A model generated the notes under the pieces. It saw only the letters and a list, made by a program, of their open reading frames with translations. It was not told the origin of the DNA and ran no database searches. Source: Paludibacteraceae bacterium (GTDB lineage Bacteria > Bacteroidota > Bacteroidia > Bacteroidales > Paludibacteraceae). From it: a stretch of DNA of 64,000 nt. Positions 53,916-62,798 of this stretch are shown in pieces. Positions within the stretch are counted from its first letter, which is position 1, and each line of letters opens with the position of its first letter. The stretch covers positions 46,066 through 110,065 of the forward strand of contig JAZOOG010000017.1 of NCBI GenBank assembly GCA_045654945.1. Reading direction: 5' to 3'. The translations under genes were made by a program, and so were the position numbers.

Positions 53916-56900
53916 ATGAAAACTTTACATACTATATATACGAATTTCGCTAAGCGTTTGGCAGTGACAATGATGGTCTTGGTGACTATCGGTGTCGGAA
54001 ATGTATGGGCAGATACATATACATGGACTTTGAATACTGGAGATTTATCCGCAGGTTCTTCATCTGTCACAAAGGGTTTACCACAAACAACATGGCAAAC
54101 TACATATACTTGGACTACTTCTCAAACTTATTTTGGTTTTGATAATCAATTAGGTAGAGGTTTACAAATTGGTTCTGCAGACAAATCTTGCCAAAAAGCA
54201 GTCTTTACAACTAATGGTATTTCTGGTACTATTAATAGCATTAAGATAAATAGTTCTGGTAATGCCAATGCTACGATTAATGTGGCTATCGGCGGAGAAT
54301 CTGTCATATCTAAAAATCTAACTACTTCTGCAACAGATTATACATCAGGTGCAATTAATAAAAGCGGTACAATTGAAATAACGCTTTCCAATAATGGAGA
54401 AACAAAAGCACTTTATATGAAGTCAATTGTTATCGAGTACACACCAGATGGTAGTTCTACTCCTACTCCAGAACCAGACCCAAACTATACATATGTGGCA
54501 ACTTTGGTGACAGATGCTTCTAAATTATCAGTTGATGATCAAATCATCATTGTGGCAAAAAATACTGATGTTGCTCTCAGCACAACGCAAAACAACAACA
54601 ACCGTGGACAAGCAACCGTTAAGAAAGAGAATAGTTTGGTATATTTCAATGATGATGCACAATTGATTACACTTGAGGAGGGTACAAAAGAAAATACTCT
54701 TGCCTTTAATGTAGGCAACGGTTATCTTTATGCGGCATCATCAAATAACAACCACTTAAAAACACAACAAACTAAAAATGACAATGGAAGTTGGAGCATA
54801 TCTATCACTAACGAGGGCGTAGCCACTATTAAAGCGCAGGGAACTAATACTCGCAATTTGGTGCAATATAATTCTAATAATAGTCTCTTCTCATGCTATA
54901 GTAGTAGTCAACAATCTGTTGCTATATATAAACATGAATCTTGCACCAATTCAGTTTCCATCGAACAAGGAACGATGGAAAATGTCAATACTATGACATT
55001 CAGTACAGAAAGTATAAAGACCTGTACCGATGAGGATGAGGATCTACAAGTAACAATAAGCATTACTCCAGAATCATGTTATACTGTTCCAAATGATACT
55101 CGCTTAACTATCAGCGGAACAAATGCTACCTATGTAAACGGACCAATTGACGATGGCAATGGCAACTATACATTTGTATATCAATTTGCTAAAGACGCTA
55201 CAGGTACTTCCTACTTTTCTGCGTCATTAGATACCCCAAAGACATATACAATTAATTACAAAAAAGGAGCAAACGGACAAGGCGAAGATGCTTCTGACAC
55301 CAAAATATGCGATGAAGATTTGACTCTCGAAGGAGTTATATTTACTCGTTGGGGCTATGACCAAGTTGGCTGGTCAACAACTGATGGAGGTGATAAAGAA
55401 TATGAATTGGGTGGTACGTATTCAGCTAATGCCCAGACGACCTTATATCCTGTTTGGGAGAAAAAAGACCTCACTAACTTCCGCACGCTTTGTACTTACG
55501 AAATTATCTTAGATAAGAATGGCGGTACTACCGATGGTTCTGCACTTGTGACTGCTTCCAAAACTGTTTTAACTGCAATCAATCTTCCAGTATATGCAGG
55601 TCATCAAATAGCAGGTTACTACGCGGAACCAGGGTGCACTACCTTGATTGCAGACGTTGCGGGCAATTTGCAACCTAATACTCCATACACCAACGCTAAT
55701 GGAGGATGGACCGCAGGTGAAGTAACCCTTTATCCAAAATGGGAAGCGTTGGAATATACTGTCACATGGAAAGTTGGAGGCGAACCTTTTGCTACATCCA
55801 CGGTAAGTGCAACTCAAGCTCTTGCACTCCCTGTCCCAGCACCTGCTGACGATGCGCTCGGCTGTTGCGCAGAGAAATTTATTGGTTGGAGCACATCTAC
55901 CACTCCTACCAAAGCGCAAGTATTTAGCGACCTTGCCAACGCTCCTGCTATCACAGGTGATCAAACTTTCCACGCTGTCTTTGCGACACCAGTGCCTGGT
56001 GCAGGCAATTCACTCGTTACATTCAACGAAATGGGATATGCTAACGAGGAAGCGGTTGCTTCTGTCACATTAGGCGATGGCATGGGCAATGGCGATGCTA
56101 CTATCACCTTTGCCAAAGGTACCGCAGCTACATACGCTCCTACCTATTATAATATAGGTGAGGCAGTACGCACTTACGCTGGCAACACCATTACCGTGGC
56201 AGCTACATACGCTAACACCGTTCTCACACAAATTGACTTTGCATTTGCTAAGGGCGAGAACGCCAATGCCATTACTGCCTCTACAGGCACTATCACCGAT
56301 GGTGTATGGACGGGCAATGCACAATCTGTCACCTTCACTATAGACGGTGCTACAGGTCATAGAAGAATTGCTTCTGTCGCTATTACAACCGCTGTTACAG
56401 GTGACCAATACACCAATTATGTTACCAAGTGCGATTTGTCTGGCAGTGCTTCTATCGGTGTAGGTACAATTACATATGCTAATAGTGCAACAACTATTGA
56501 TACCAAGTGCGGTCAGCGTTCTCCTGCGAGCAAGGCAGCTACGCTTACCTTCGCTTCTGCACAAGACCTCACATGTCCTTTGACTATCGAAGCAAGTGCT
56601 GGATTCCTTGTTTCTACCAATAAAAACGACAACTCTAAGTATGCGTCCAACATCACCGTTAAACCCGTTAAGACAGGTGCTAACAAGGGCAAACTGCCAA
56701 CTGTATATGTTCGCTATGAAGCCAACAACGGTGCTTCTGGTCAAATAAATGGTACAATTACCGTAACAGGCAGCGAAATTACAGAAACTACCATCAATGT
56801 ACTTGCCAATGTGACATGTACCCAATACTCCCTCACCGTAGTTAATCACTTGGGCGAAACTATTAGCACAGCCGAGTACTACGAAGGCGGTGAGGTGACA

Positions 56901-59900
56901 GAAGTCGCTGCCCCTGCTACTGATGACTGCTCAAAAGATTATACTTTTGATGGTTGGTCAGAGACTTCAGTAGAATACGGCTCCCTTATATATAATAAGG
57001 TGTCCTTCCCATTCACCATGCCTGCAAACGATGTTACTCTTTATCCTGTATATCGTGTAAATGACACTGAGGATTATCACCGCGTAACCTACGACCTTGG
57101 CGCTGATAATTGGGCAGGAGATTATTTGATTGCGTTTAGCAACACTATTTTTGCCGATGGGCGGATAGGTGGAATAGGAGCAAGTGCTATTGGTGCTTCT
57201 GGTAATTTCGTAAATCCTGAAACGGATTTAAAAGGCGATATGGTACAAGGTCATTGGGGGGACACATATAATGTGAAATTAGTTGAAGTGGATGGTGGCT
57301 ATGTAATGCAAACAAAAGATGCTCTATATAATTATGTGACTGATAATCAAAATATACAAAGTACAATAACAACAACTGCAAATATAAGTACTGCAGGCGG
57401 TTATCCTTTGACAGTAACGTTCAAGAGCATATCCGATATAGAAATTAAAAATCCTAACAATGGTGCTGTCTTCCATTGTGGTTCTTTCTTCCGCTTCTAT
57501 TTAGTTACTCAAAATCATCACCCCGTTTACCTCTACAAGAAATCTCCTCTCTACACCACACCGCTGATTTGTGGTTCTATTGAGGCAGAAGATGCAGTAG
57601 TCACCTCTACCGCGGGTCAGACTATCAAGGTAAATGTGCCTATCACAATCACTTCTTTGCTGAGCGGAACAACCAACATTACCGCAGATAGCGACAATGA
57701 CCACTTTACGGTAACGCCTTTGGAGAATGTAAGCGAAGGCGAACACGCTATTGCCGTGCATTACACACCTGATGCTACAACCGACGGCACTGAAACCGCC
57801 AATATTACCCTTACCGCTTCGCACGGCAACCGCGCTACCACCACTTTCCAAGTAACAGGTCGCCACTTGCCAGAGAACTTTGTGATTGCAGCGAAATGGG
57901 GAGAGAATTGGTATGTATTACCTGCTGACATGACCAGCGAAAGCATCACTGAAGGTCTGCTCATCGAGGTGGACGATTCTTCTAACCCAACCAAGGCACT
58001 GGCAGCACCAAATACAACCAAATATGGATTGAAGTCTGTATATACTTCCAATAGTTCTGCCGATAGATTTGCTGCTAACGGCAATCGCCTTGTCTTCGTG
58101 GAGGACGTTATTGAAGCAACTCCAATAACCAACAAAACGCTCTACAACGGTGGCGATGGAAGCAGCAGCAAAACGAACATCCAAGTCTATGCGCAATATA
58201 CTGGTTATTACACTACTAACCCAGATCGCTACGAGTGGATTCCTACCACTACCGACCTCAAGGATTACACACTAACCAGTGCAACTGTTTTGACGGGTGA
58301 TGCCGCTGGACGCACCGTCAGTCTGGACAATCACGGCATCTTCGGCACACTACTGCAAGACAAGTCCTACAACGGTATGGTTCGTCTGCTGCCGGTAGAT
58401 AATTTCTACGAGCCAATCGAATTGCAAGTGGTAGAGTGGAAACAACATAGCGTATCTGTCATGTACACGGGTGCAGGCACCAAATATACTACCAAGGTGG
58501 GCAATAATGCAGAAAGCAGCGTACAAGCACTTCCCGCAATCGACCATGCTGTATATAGTCTTTCTACCAGCGACTTGACCACTGCCACCAACCAACCACT
58601 CATCATCACAATCAAAAATGATGCAGATGCTACCATCGGTACTGTCAAACTCACCATCCCTGCTGTCGTGGCAACCAACGCTACCACGACAAGCCTGGTA
58701 ACCAGCAATGACATTGCTAAAGCAACCAGCATCGTTGTCTTAAACGGTGCTACATTGACTGCTGATGCTACCAAATACACCTACGATGACATCACCGTTT
58801 ATCCTGGTGGTAAGCTGGTCATTGGTCAAAGTGGTCAATTGGGTATGTATACCCTGACCCTCCGCGCTGGCTCTACTTGGGGAGCTGCGGACTACGAACA
58901 CAAGTATCCACAATTCGTGCTCAATAATCAAACAGAAGGCGCTTACAGCAACACCTCTGGACAAATCAACCTTGACTACGTGACAACCAAAGAACAGTAC
59001 TATACCTTCGTGGCTCCATTCGATGTAAATACCAAAGACATCAAATATCCAGTTGATATCTACGGCAGCAATGTGGCCAAAGCCAACTCGGGTAGCTTCG
59101 AGTTCCAATACTACGACGGAGCAGCCCGCGCAGCAGGCTCACCAGGTTGGAAGGTAGTAGAGGAGGGTGCAGAAGGCGCAACGCTCAGAGCAGGTCAAGG
59201 CTACACCTTCCTCGGTATGCCAAAGAAGATCAATGACACCCGTCAGAAATATGGTATCCACCGTATTCCTATGAAGGTTGCTGCTATTACAGCACAATCG
59301 CATGAGACTGCCGACCAAACCGTGCCGCTGAGCGTACACCTTTCCGCTAAGAACAACAACTCAGGTTGGAATCTTGTGGGTAACCCATACATGGCTACTG
59401 TCACAGGCCTCACCAATAGCGATATCCAAGTAGGCAAATTGGTTCACACCAACGATGCTAATGGCAATTGGACAGGTGGCTGGCACTGGGACGATCCTAC
59501 TACTGGTCAACGCTTCCTCGTTATACCGAGCAACGATGGTCACTCCTATTCCGCTGTGCAAGCCAGCCATGCTACACTGCCTGCGTTCAAGAACTTCTTC
59601 GTGCAGATTAGCAACGCCAATGCCGACGCCATGAGTGTTCCTGTGGCAAATCGCGAAGATAAGCACTTGGCACCAGCCCGCCATGCAGATACGCCGCTGG
59701 CGCACGACATCGAGCTGGCTATCGTGCTGGAGCAAGATGACGCGCATGTCGACCAACTCGATTTCTTGCTCAACGACCTATATAGCGCGGCATTTGACTT
59801 CAATGGCGATTTCACCAAGATGATGAATGCTACCCTTCTGAATCTCTATGGCGTGCATACCGACGACAATCTCAGTTTCGTGGCTGTGGATCACCATACG

Positions 59901-60281
59901 GCTCGGCAATCCATTCCTATTGGTTATCAGGTGCCTGCTGCGGGCGAGTATACGCTCCGCATGTCTGACCAACCATATGTGATGTGGGACGAGATAGAGG
60001 CGCTCTATGTCACCGACCATGAAATGTCGCCTGCACTAACAACCGACCTCATGAGTACGCCTTACACCTTCTTTGTCCATCAGGCAGAGACCAATAACGA
60101 GCGTTTCACCCTTTCTGTTCAAACAAAGGCTAAGACCGAGAATGGCGCTACCGATTTGGATAATGTGCTTTCGGAGGGCGAACAAATCCACAAGTTTATC
60201 TACCAAGACAAGATCTTTATCCTGCACCATGGTGTGGTCTATGATGCAACGGGTAAACGAGTCATAACTATCAATAAATGA
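53916..60281 (+). CDS. Giant surface protein 3 (2121 aa) with a probable T9SS C-terminal sorting domain
   Basis: The signal peptide and N-terminal modules are paralogous to protein 2. L-B repeats are present. FHAVFATP near residue 690 is an internal copy of the FYAVFA end motif and is followed by a second N-module-like unit. The C-terminus IHKFIYQDKIFILHHGVVYDATGKRVITINK resembles Prevotella/Bacteroides Por-secretion tails. Confidence 0.75.
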   Translation: MKTLHTIYTNFAKRLAVTMMVLVTIGVGNVWADTYTWTLNTGDLSAGSSSVTKGLPQTTWQTTYTWTTSQTYFGFDNQLGRGLQIGSADKSCQKAVFTTNGISGTINSIKINSSGNANATINVAIGGESVISKNLTTSATDYTSGAINKSGTIEITLSNNGETKALYMKSIVIEYTPDGSSTPTPEPDPNYTYVATLVTDASKLSVDDQIIIVAKNTDVALSTTQNNNNRGQATVKKENSLVYFNDDAQLITLEEGTKENTLAFNVGNGYLYAASSNNNHLKTQQTKNDNGSWSISITNEGVATIKAQGTNTRNLVQYNSNNSLFSCYSSSQQSVAIYKHESCTNSVSIEQGTMENVNTMTFSTESIKTCTDEDEDLQVTISITPESCYTVPNDTRLTISGTNATYVNGPIDDGNGNYTFVYQFAKDATGTSYFSASLDTPKTYTINYKKGANGQGEDASDTKICDEDLTLEGVIFTRWGYDQVGWSTTDGGDKEYELGGTYSANAQTTLYPVWEKKDLTNFRTLCTYEIILDKNGGTTDGSALVTASKTVLTAINLPVYAGHQIAGYYAEPGCTTLIADVAGNLQPNTPYTNANGGWTAGEVTLYPKWEALEYTVTWKVGGEPFATSTVSATQALALPVPAPADDALGCCAEKFIGWSTSTTPTKAQVFSDLANAPAITGDQTFHAVFATPVPGAGNSLVTFNEMGYANEEAVASVTLGDGMGNGDATITFAKGTAATYAPTYYNIGEAVRTYAGNTITVAATYANTVLTQIDFAFAKGENANAITASTGTITDGVWTGNAQSVTFTIDGATGHRRIASVAITTAVTGDQYTNYVTKCDLSGSASIGVGTITYANSATTIDTKCGQRSPASKAATLTFASAQDLTCPLTIEASAGFLVSTNKNDNSKYASNITVKPVKTGANKGKLPTVYVRYEANNGASGQINGTITVTGSEITETTINVLANVTCTQYSLTVVNHLGETISTAEYYEGGEVTEVAAPATDDCSKDYTFDGWSETSVEYGSLIYNKVSFPFTMPANDVTLYPVYRVNDTEDYHRVTYDLGADNWAGDYLIAFSNTIFADGRIGGIGASAIGASGNFVNPETDLKGDMVQGHWGDTYNVKLVEVDGGYVMQTKDALYNYVTDNQNIQSTITTTANISTAGGYPLTVTFKSISDIEIKNPNNGAVFHCGSFFRFYLVTQNHHPVYLYKKSPLYTTPLICGSIEAEDAVVTSTAGQTIKVNVPITITSLLSGTTNITADSDNDHFTVTPLENVSEGEHAIAVHYTPDATTDGTETANITLTASHGNRATTTFQVTGRHLPENFVIAAKWGENWYVLPADMTSESITEGLLIEVDDSSNPTKALAAPNTTKYGLKSVYTSNSSADRFAANGNRLVFVEDVIEATPITNKTLYNGGDGSSSKTNIQVYAQYTGYYTTNPDRYEWIPTTTDLKDYTLTSATVLTGDAAGRTVSLDNHGIFGTLLQDKSYNGMVRLLPVDNFYEPIELQVVEWKQHSVSVMYTGAGTKYTTKVGNNAESSVQALPAIDHAVYSLSTSDLTTATNQPLIITIKNDADATIGTVKLTIPAVVATNATTTSLVTSNDIAKATSIVVLNGATLTADATKYTYDDITVYPGGKLVIGQSGQLGMYTLTLRAGSTWGAADYEHKYPQFVLNNQTEGAYSNTSGQINLDYVTTKEQYYTFVAPFDVNTKDIKYPVDIYGSNVAKANSGSFEFQYYDGAARAAGSPGWKVVEEGAEGATLRAGQGYTFLGMPKKINDTRQKYGIHRIPMKVAAITAQSHETADQTVPLSVHLSAKNNNSGWNLVGNPYMATVTGLTNSDIQVGKLVHTNDANGNWTGGWHWDDPTTGQRFLVIPSNDGHSYSAVQASHATLPAFKNFFVQISNANADAMSVPVANREDKHLAPARHADTPLAHDIELAIVLEQDDAHVDQLDFLLNDLYSAAFDFNGDFTKMMNATLLNLYGVHTDDNLSFVAVDHHTARQSIPIGYQVPAAGEYTLRMSDQPYVMWDEIEALYVTDHEMSPALTTDLMSTPYTFFVHQAETNNERFTLSVQTKAKTENGATDLDNVLSEGEQIHKFIYQDKIFILHHGVVYDATGKRVITINK

Positions 60282-60309
60282 TGATATAAGGTTGAAGGTT
60301 TAATGTTTA

Positions 60310-60711
60310 ATGTTTAAAGACATGGAAACAATGAAAATTATGAAAGCAATGAGATTCTTATTGATAGTTCTTGGATTATCCACCGTATTGACTTTGTCGG
60401 CTCAGTCTTTTGCTGAGCAACCTGTAGTGCAGATGCATTCCACTTCTGCTATGATGGGGTCGGGTAGTGAACTACCTCAGGCTGCTATTACGGGTACGTA
60501 CACTACTTATTCATCGGGTTCTGGTTCATCTTTTTCTCCCCGTGGTCCGCAACGTTCTTTAGAGGACGGCGAGGACAAGCCAGACGGCTGGGACGAGCCT
60601 TTCGACGAGCCAGTGGGCAACGTGCCTTGGTTGTTGATGCTTCTCCTCGCGCTGGGCTACGCCCTGCGCGTAAACCTTCCGAAGGACATTCAAAATAGTG
60701 GTAGTGAGTAG
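60310..60711 (+). CDS. Small secreted Ser/Gly-rich protein with a C-terminal hydrophobic anchor
   Basis: Signal MKAMRFLLIVLGLSTVLTLSAQ. The tail is DEPVGNVPWLLMLLLALGYALRV. Several in-frame ATGs (60310-60349) leave the start uncertain. The last ~12 codons lie inside dispersed repeat copy 3. Confidence 0.55.
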   Translation: MFKDMETMKIMKAMRFLLIVLGLSTVLTLSAQSFAEQPVVQMHSTSAMMGSGSELPQAAITGTYTTYSSGSGSSFSPRGPQRSLEDGEDKPDGWDEPFDEPVGNVPWLLMLLLALGYALRVNLPKDIQNSGSE

Positions 60712-60740
60712 CAGCATGCTACGTCAATGGATGGTAGCTG
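60675..60740 (+). repeat. Dispersed repeat (CCGAAGGACATT family), copy 3 (5'-truncated)
   Basis: ccttccgaaggacattcaaaatagtggtagtgagtagcagcatgctacgtcaatggatggtagct. Confidence 0.8.
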
Positions 60741-60763
60741 TATTACTGCATTTCTAACCCATC

Positions 60764-60808
60764 AAAAAATCGTGCCAACCTTGCGGGAGGCACGATTTGC
60801 TCTTCTTT
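60764..60808. terminator. Bidirectional terminator between the surface-protein operon and the ZIP gene
   Basis: AAAAAATCGTGCC ... GGCACGATTT followed by gctcttcttttt. On the minus strand the same stem is followed by TTTTTTG. Confidence 0.7.
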
Positions 60809-61597
60809 TTACACTGCACAGTCCAATATCATCATCAGCACGAAACCCACCGTGAACCCCAACGTAGGGAGATTGCTGTGCGGCTCAGCCTGCGACTCGG
60901 GAATCAACTCCTCCACCACTACATACATCATCGCACCTGCTGCAAAAGCCAACAAATAAGGTAAGGCGATGAGGCTATTAGGCGATGAGGTGATAAGCCA
61001 TGCCGTCAGCAATGTGGCTATCGGCTCCACAACTCCCGACAACGCACCTATCGCAAAAGCCTTGCTCCGCTTCATACCATCCGCATACAGTGGCAAAGAC
61101 AATATCGCTCCCTCGGGCAGGTTCTGCAACGCTATACCTATCGATAATGCCCATGCCGCAGACATCGATATAGCCGAACCTTCCGCCATCGCAGAACCCA
61201 ACAATACACCCACTGCCATGCCCTCAGGGATATTGTGCAACGTCACCGCCACCGACAACATCGTCGTGCGCTGCCACTGCTTGCGCTGTGGCAAACCCTC
61301 GGGCTTATCTGCCCCCATATGCAAGTGCGGAATCAGCGTGTCCAACAACAATAGAAACAGTATTCCTGCCACAAAACCCACTGCCGCAGGTATCCATTCG
61401 CTACCACCAGACTCCACCGACATCTCCATCGCCGGCAAGATCAATGACCATATACTGGCAGCCACCATCACACCCGAAGCAAAACCCAACAGCGTCTTGT
61501 GGGCAATAGGCGATGACGCAATAAGGCGATGAGGCAGAAACACCATCGCTGCACCCAATACGGTGCCTAATAAGGGGAGTAGTAGAATAGGTGGCAT
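60809..61597 (-). CDS. ZIP-family divalent metal (zinc) transporter
   Basis: Multi-TM. HNIPEGMAVG and LQNLPEGA are ZIP signatures. Two short repeat-derived segments (LIASSPIA, LITSSPNSLIALPY) are encoded by CCTCATCGCCT-type units. Confidence 0.85.
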   Translation of the reverse strand: MPPILLLPLLGTVLGAAMVFLPHRLIASSPIAHKTLLGFASGVMVAASIWSLILPAMEMSVESGGSEWIPAAVGFVAGILFLLLLDTLIPHLHMGADKPEGLPQRKQWQRTTMLSVAVTLHNIPEGMAVGVLLGSAMAEGSAISMSAAWALSIGIALQNLPEGAILSLPLYADGMKRSKAFAIGALSGVVEPIATLLTAWLITSSPNSLIALPYLLAFAAGAMMYVVVEELIPESQAEPHSNLPTLGFTVGFVLMMILDCAV

Positions 61598-61599
61598 AT

Positions 61600-61628
61600 A
61601 GTTTCGTTTAATGTTTAATGTTTAATGT
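61600..61628. repeat. Heptamer array GTTTAAT (R6)
   Basis: tttcgtttaatgtttaatgtttaatgttg. A second copy sits at 60296-60320, between protein 3 and the 133-aa ORF. Confidence 0.85.
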
Positions 61629-61678
61629 TGAAAGGCAAGGATTTTCGGATTCCAACTTCAGATCATCTAACCGAGCAA

Positions 61679-61715
61679 CAAAGGTACTGCATTTTCCTCA
61701 CACGCGCAAGCGCGC
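61679..61715 (-). promoter_or_regulatory. ZIP gene promoter
   Basis: The minus strand carries TACCTTTG (plus-strand caaaggta at 61679-61686). A GC-alternating palindrome CGCGCAAGCGCG lies just upstream on the minus strand (about 61702-61720). Confidence 0.45.
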
Positions 61716-61777
61716 ACGCACGCGTATATATAAAAAAGGAGTGAAATGAATGTTTTTTTGCAAAAAAATGCAAAAAT

Positions 61778-61810
61778 ATTTGGTGGAATGAAAAAAAAGT
61801 TGTAACTTTG
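61778..61810 (+). promoter_or_regulatory. rpmB operon promoter
   Basis: atatTTGgtggaatgaaaaaaaagttgTAACTTTGcac. Confidence 0.55.
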
Positions 61811-61915
61811 CACGATTTTTCGTGTATAGTGTGGAATATACTATGGGTTTGATACAGGAGAATGAGGATGATTTTGGGGCTAACTAATTAGAAATAAACT
61901 AAATATAAAAATACA

Positions 61916-62149
61916 ATGTCAAAGATTTGTCAAATTACAGGCAAGAAAGCCATGGGTGGATGCAATGTGTCTCACTCAAAACGTCACACCAAAAGGACGT
62001 TTGATGTGAACCTCTTCCACAAGAAGTTCTACTGGGTAGAACAAGATACGTGGATCATGCTGAACGTGAGTGCAGCTGGTCTGAGAACTATTAACAAGAT
62101 CGGATTGGATGCAGCGCTTAAGCGTGCTTCCGAGAAGGGTTACATTTAA
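61916..62149 (+). CDS. rpmB: 50S ribosomal protein L28
   Basis: [29 protein letters not shown]. Confidence 0.95.
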   Translation: MSKICQITGKKAMGGCNVSHSKRHTKRTFDVNLFHKKFYWVEQDTWIMLNVSAAGLRTINKIGLDAALKRASEKGYI

Positions 62150-62165
62150 TTAAGGAGGATTCGTT

Positions 62166-62354
62166 ATGGCAAAGAAAACCAAAGAAGCGCGTGTCCAAGT
62201 AATCTTGGAGTGCACCGAGCACAAGGCAAGCGGTATGCCAGGTACATCACGCTACATTACCACTAAGAACCGTAAGAATACTCCTGAGCGTTTGGAACTC
62301 AAAAAGTACAACCCAATTCTCAAGAAGTACACCATCCACAAAGAAATTAAGTAA
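62166..62354 (+). CDS. rpmG: 50S ribosomal protein L33
   Basis: [20 protein letters not shown]...[21 protein letters not shown]. Confidence 0.95.
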   Translation: MAKKTKEARVQVILECTEHKASGMPGTSRYITTKNRKNTPERLELKKYNPILKKYTIHKEIK

Positions 62355-62386
62355 TTAACCATTTTAATTAAGAAAGGCTTAGTACT

Positions 62387-62539
62387 ATGGCAAAGAAAGC
62401 GGTCGCAACCCTTCACACTGGTAACGCGGGTCGTAACCATACCAAGTGTATCAAGATGGTTAAGAGCCCTAAAACAGGTGCTTACATCTTCCAAGAAGAA
62501 ATTGTTGAGAACGAAAAAGTTGCTGCTTATTTCAAATAA
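62387..62539 (+). CDS. DUF4295-family small protein (50 aa), conserved after rpmG in Bacteroidota
   Basis: Hand-translated: MAKKAVATLHTGNAGRNHTKCIKMVKSPKTGAYIFQEEIVENEKVAAYFK. It is below the track cutoff. Position and sequence fit the family as I remember it. Confidence 0.75.
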   Translation: MAKKAVATLHTGNAGRNHTKCIKMVKSPKTGAYIFQEEIVENEKVAAYFK

Positions 62540-62565
62540 TCGAAAAAATCAGCATAAAATAATTA

Positions 62566-62603
62566 AAAATGCACACTTTTTTGGTAGTGTGCATTTTTTT
62601 TTG
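62566..62603 (+). terminator. Rho-independent terminator of the rpmB operon
   Basis: AAAATGCACAC ttttttggta GTGTGCATTTTTTTTTG. Confidence 0.8.
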
Positions 62604-62700
62604 TATCTTCGGACTCCGCCTGCGTATGGATATTCACATACGCATTCCCCCGAAGCTACTGCAAAAAAATGTAGCCTATGGCAATAAAAACAAATTTTTC

Positions 62701-62732
62701 TTGCACATATACATTTTTTTTTGTACCTTTGC
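62701..62732 (+). promoter_or_regulatory. Promoter of the lipid kinase gene
   Basis: TTGcacatatacatttttttttgTACCTTTGca. Confidence 0.55.
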
Positions 62733-62798
62733 AAACGATATGGAGGAAATATGGGAGGAAATATGAACTGATTATGGCGTAAGCCACTGTGGAATACT

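Noticed and set aside
56070-56849. A 259-aa ORF antisense inside surface protein 3, and many 60-130-aa antisense ORFs across 48.9-60.3 kb.
   Set aside because: They are embedded in one continuous 2121-codon ORF with a repeated domain structure. The antisense peptides are Cys/Ser/Gly-rich noise.
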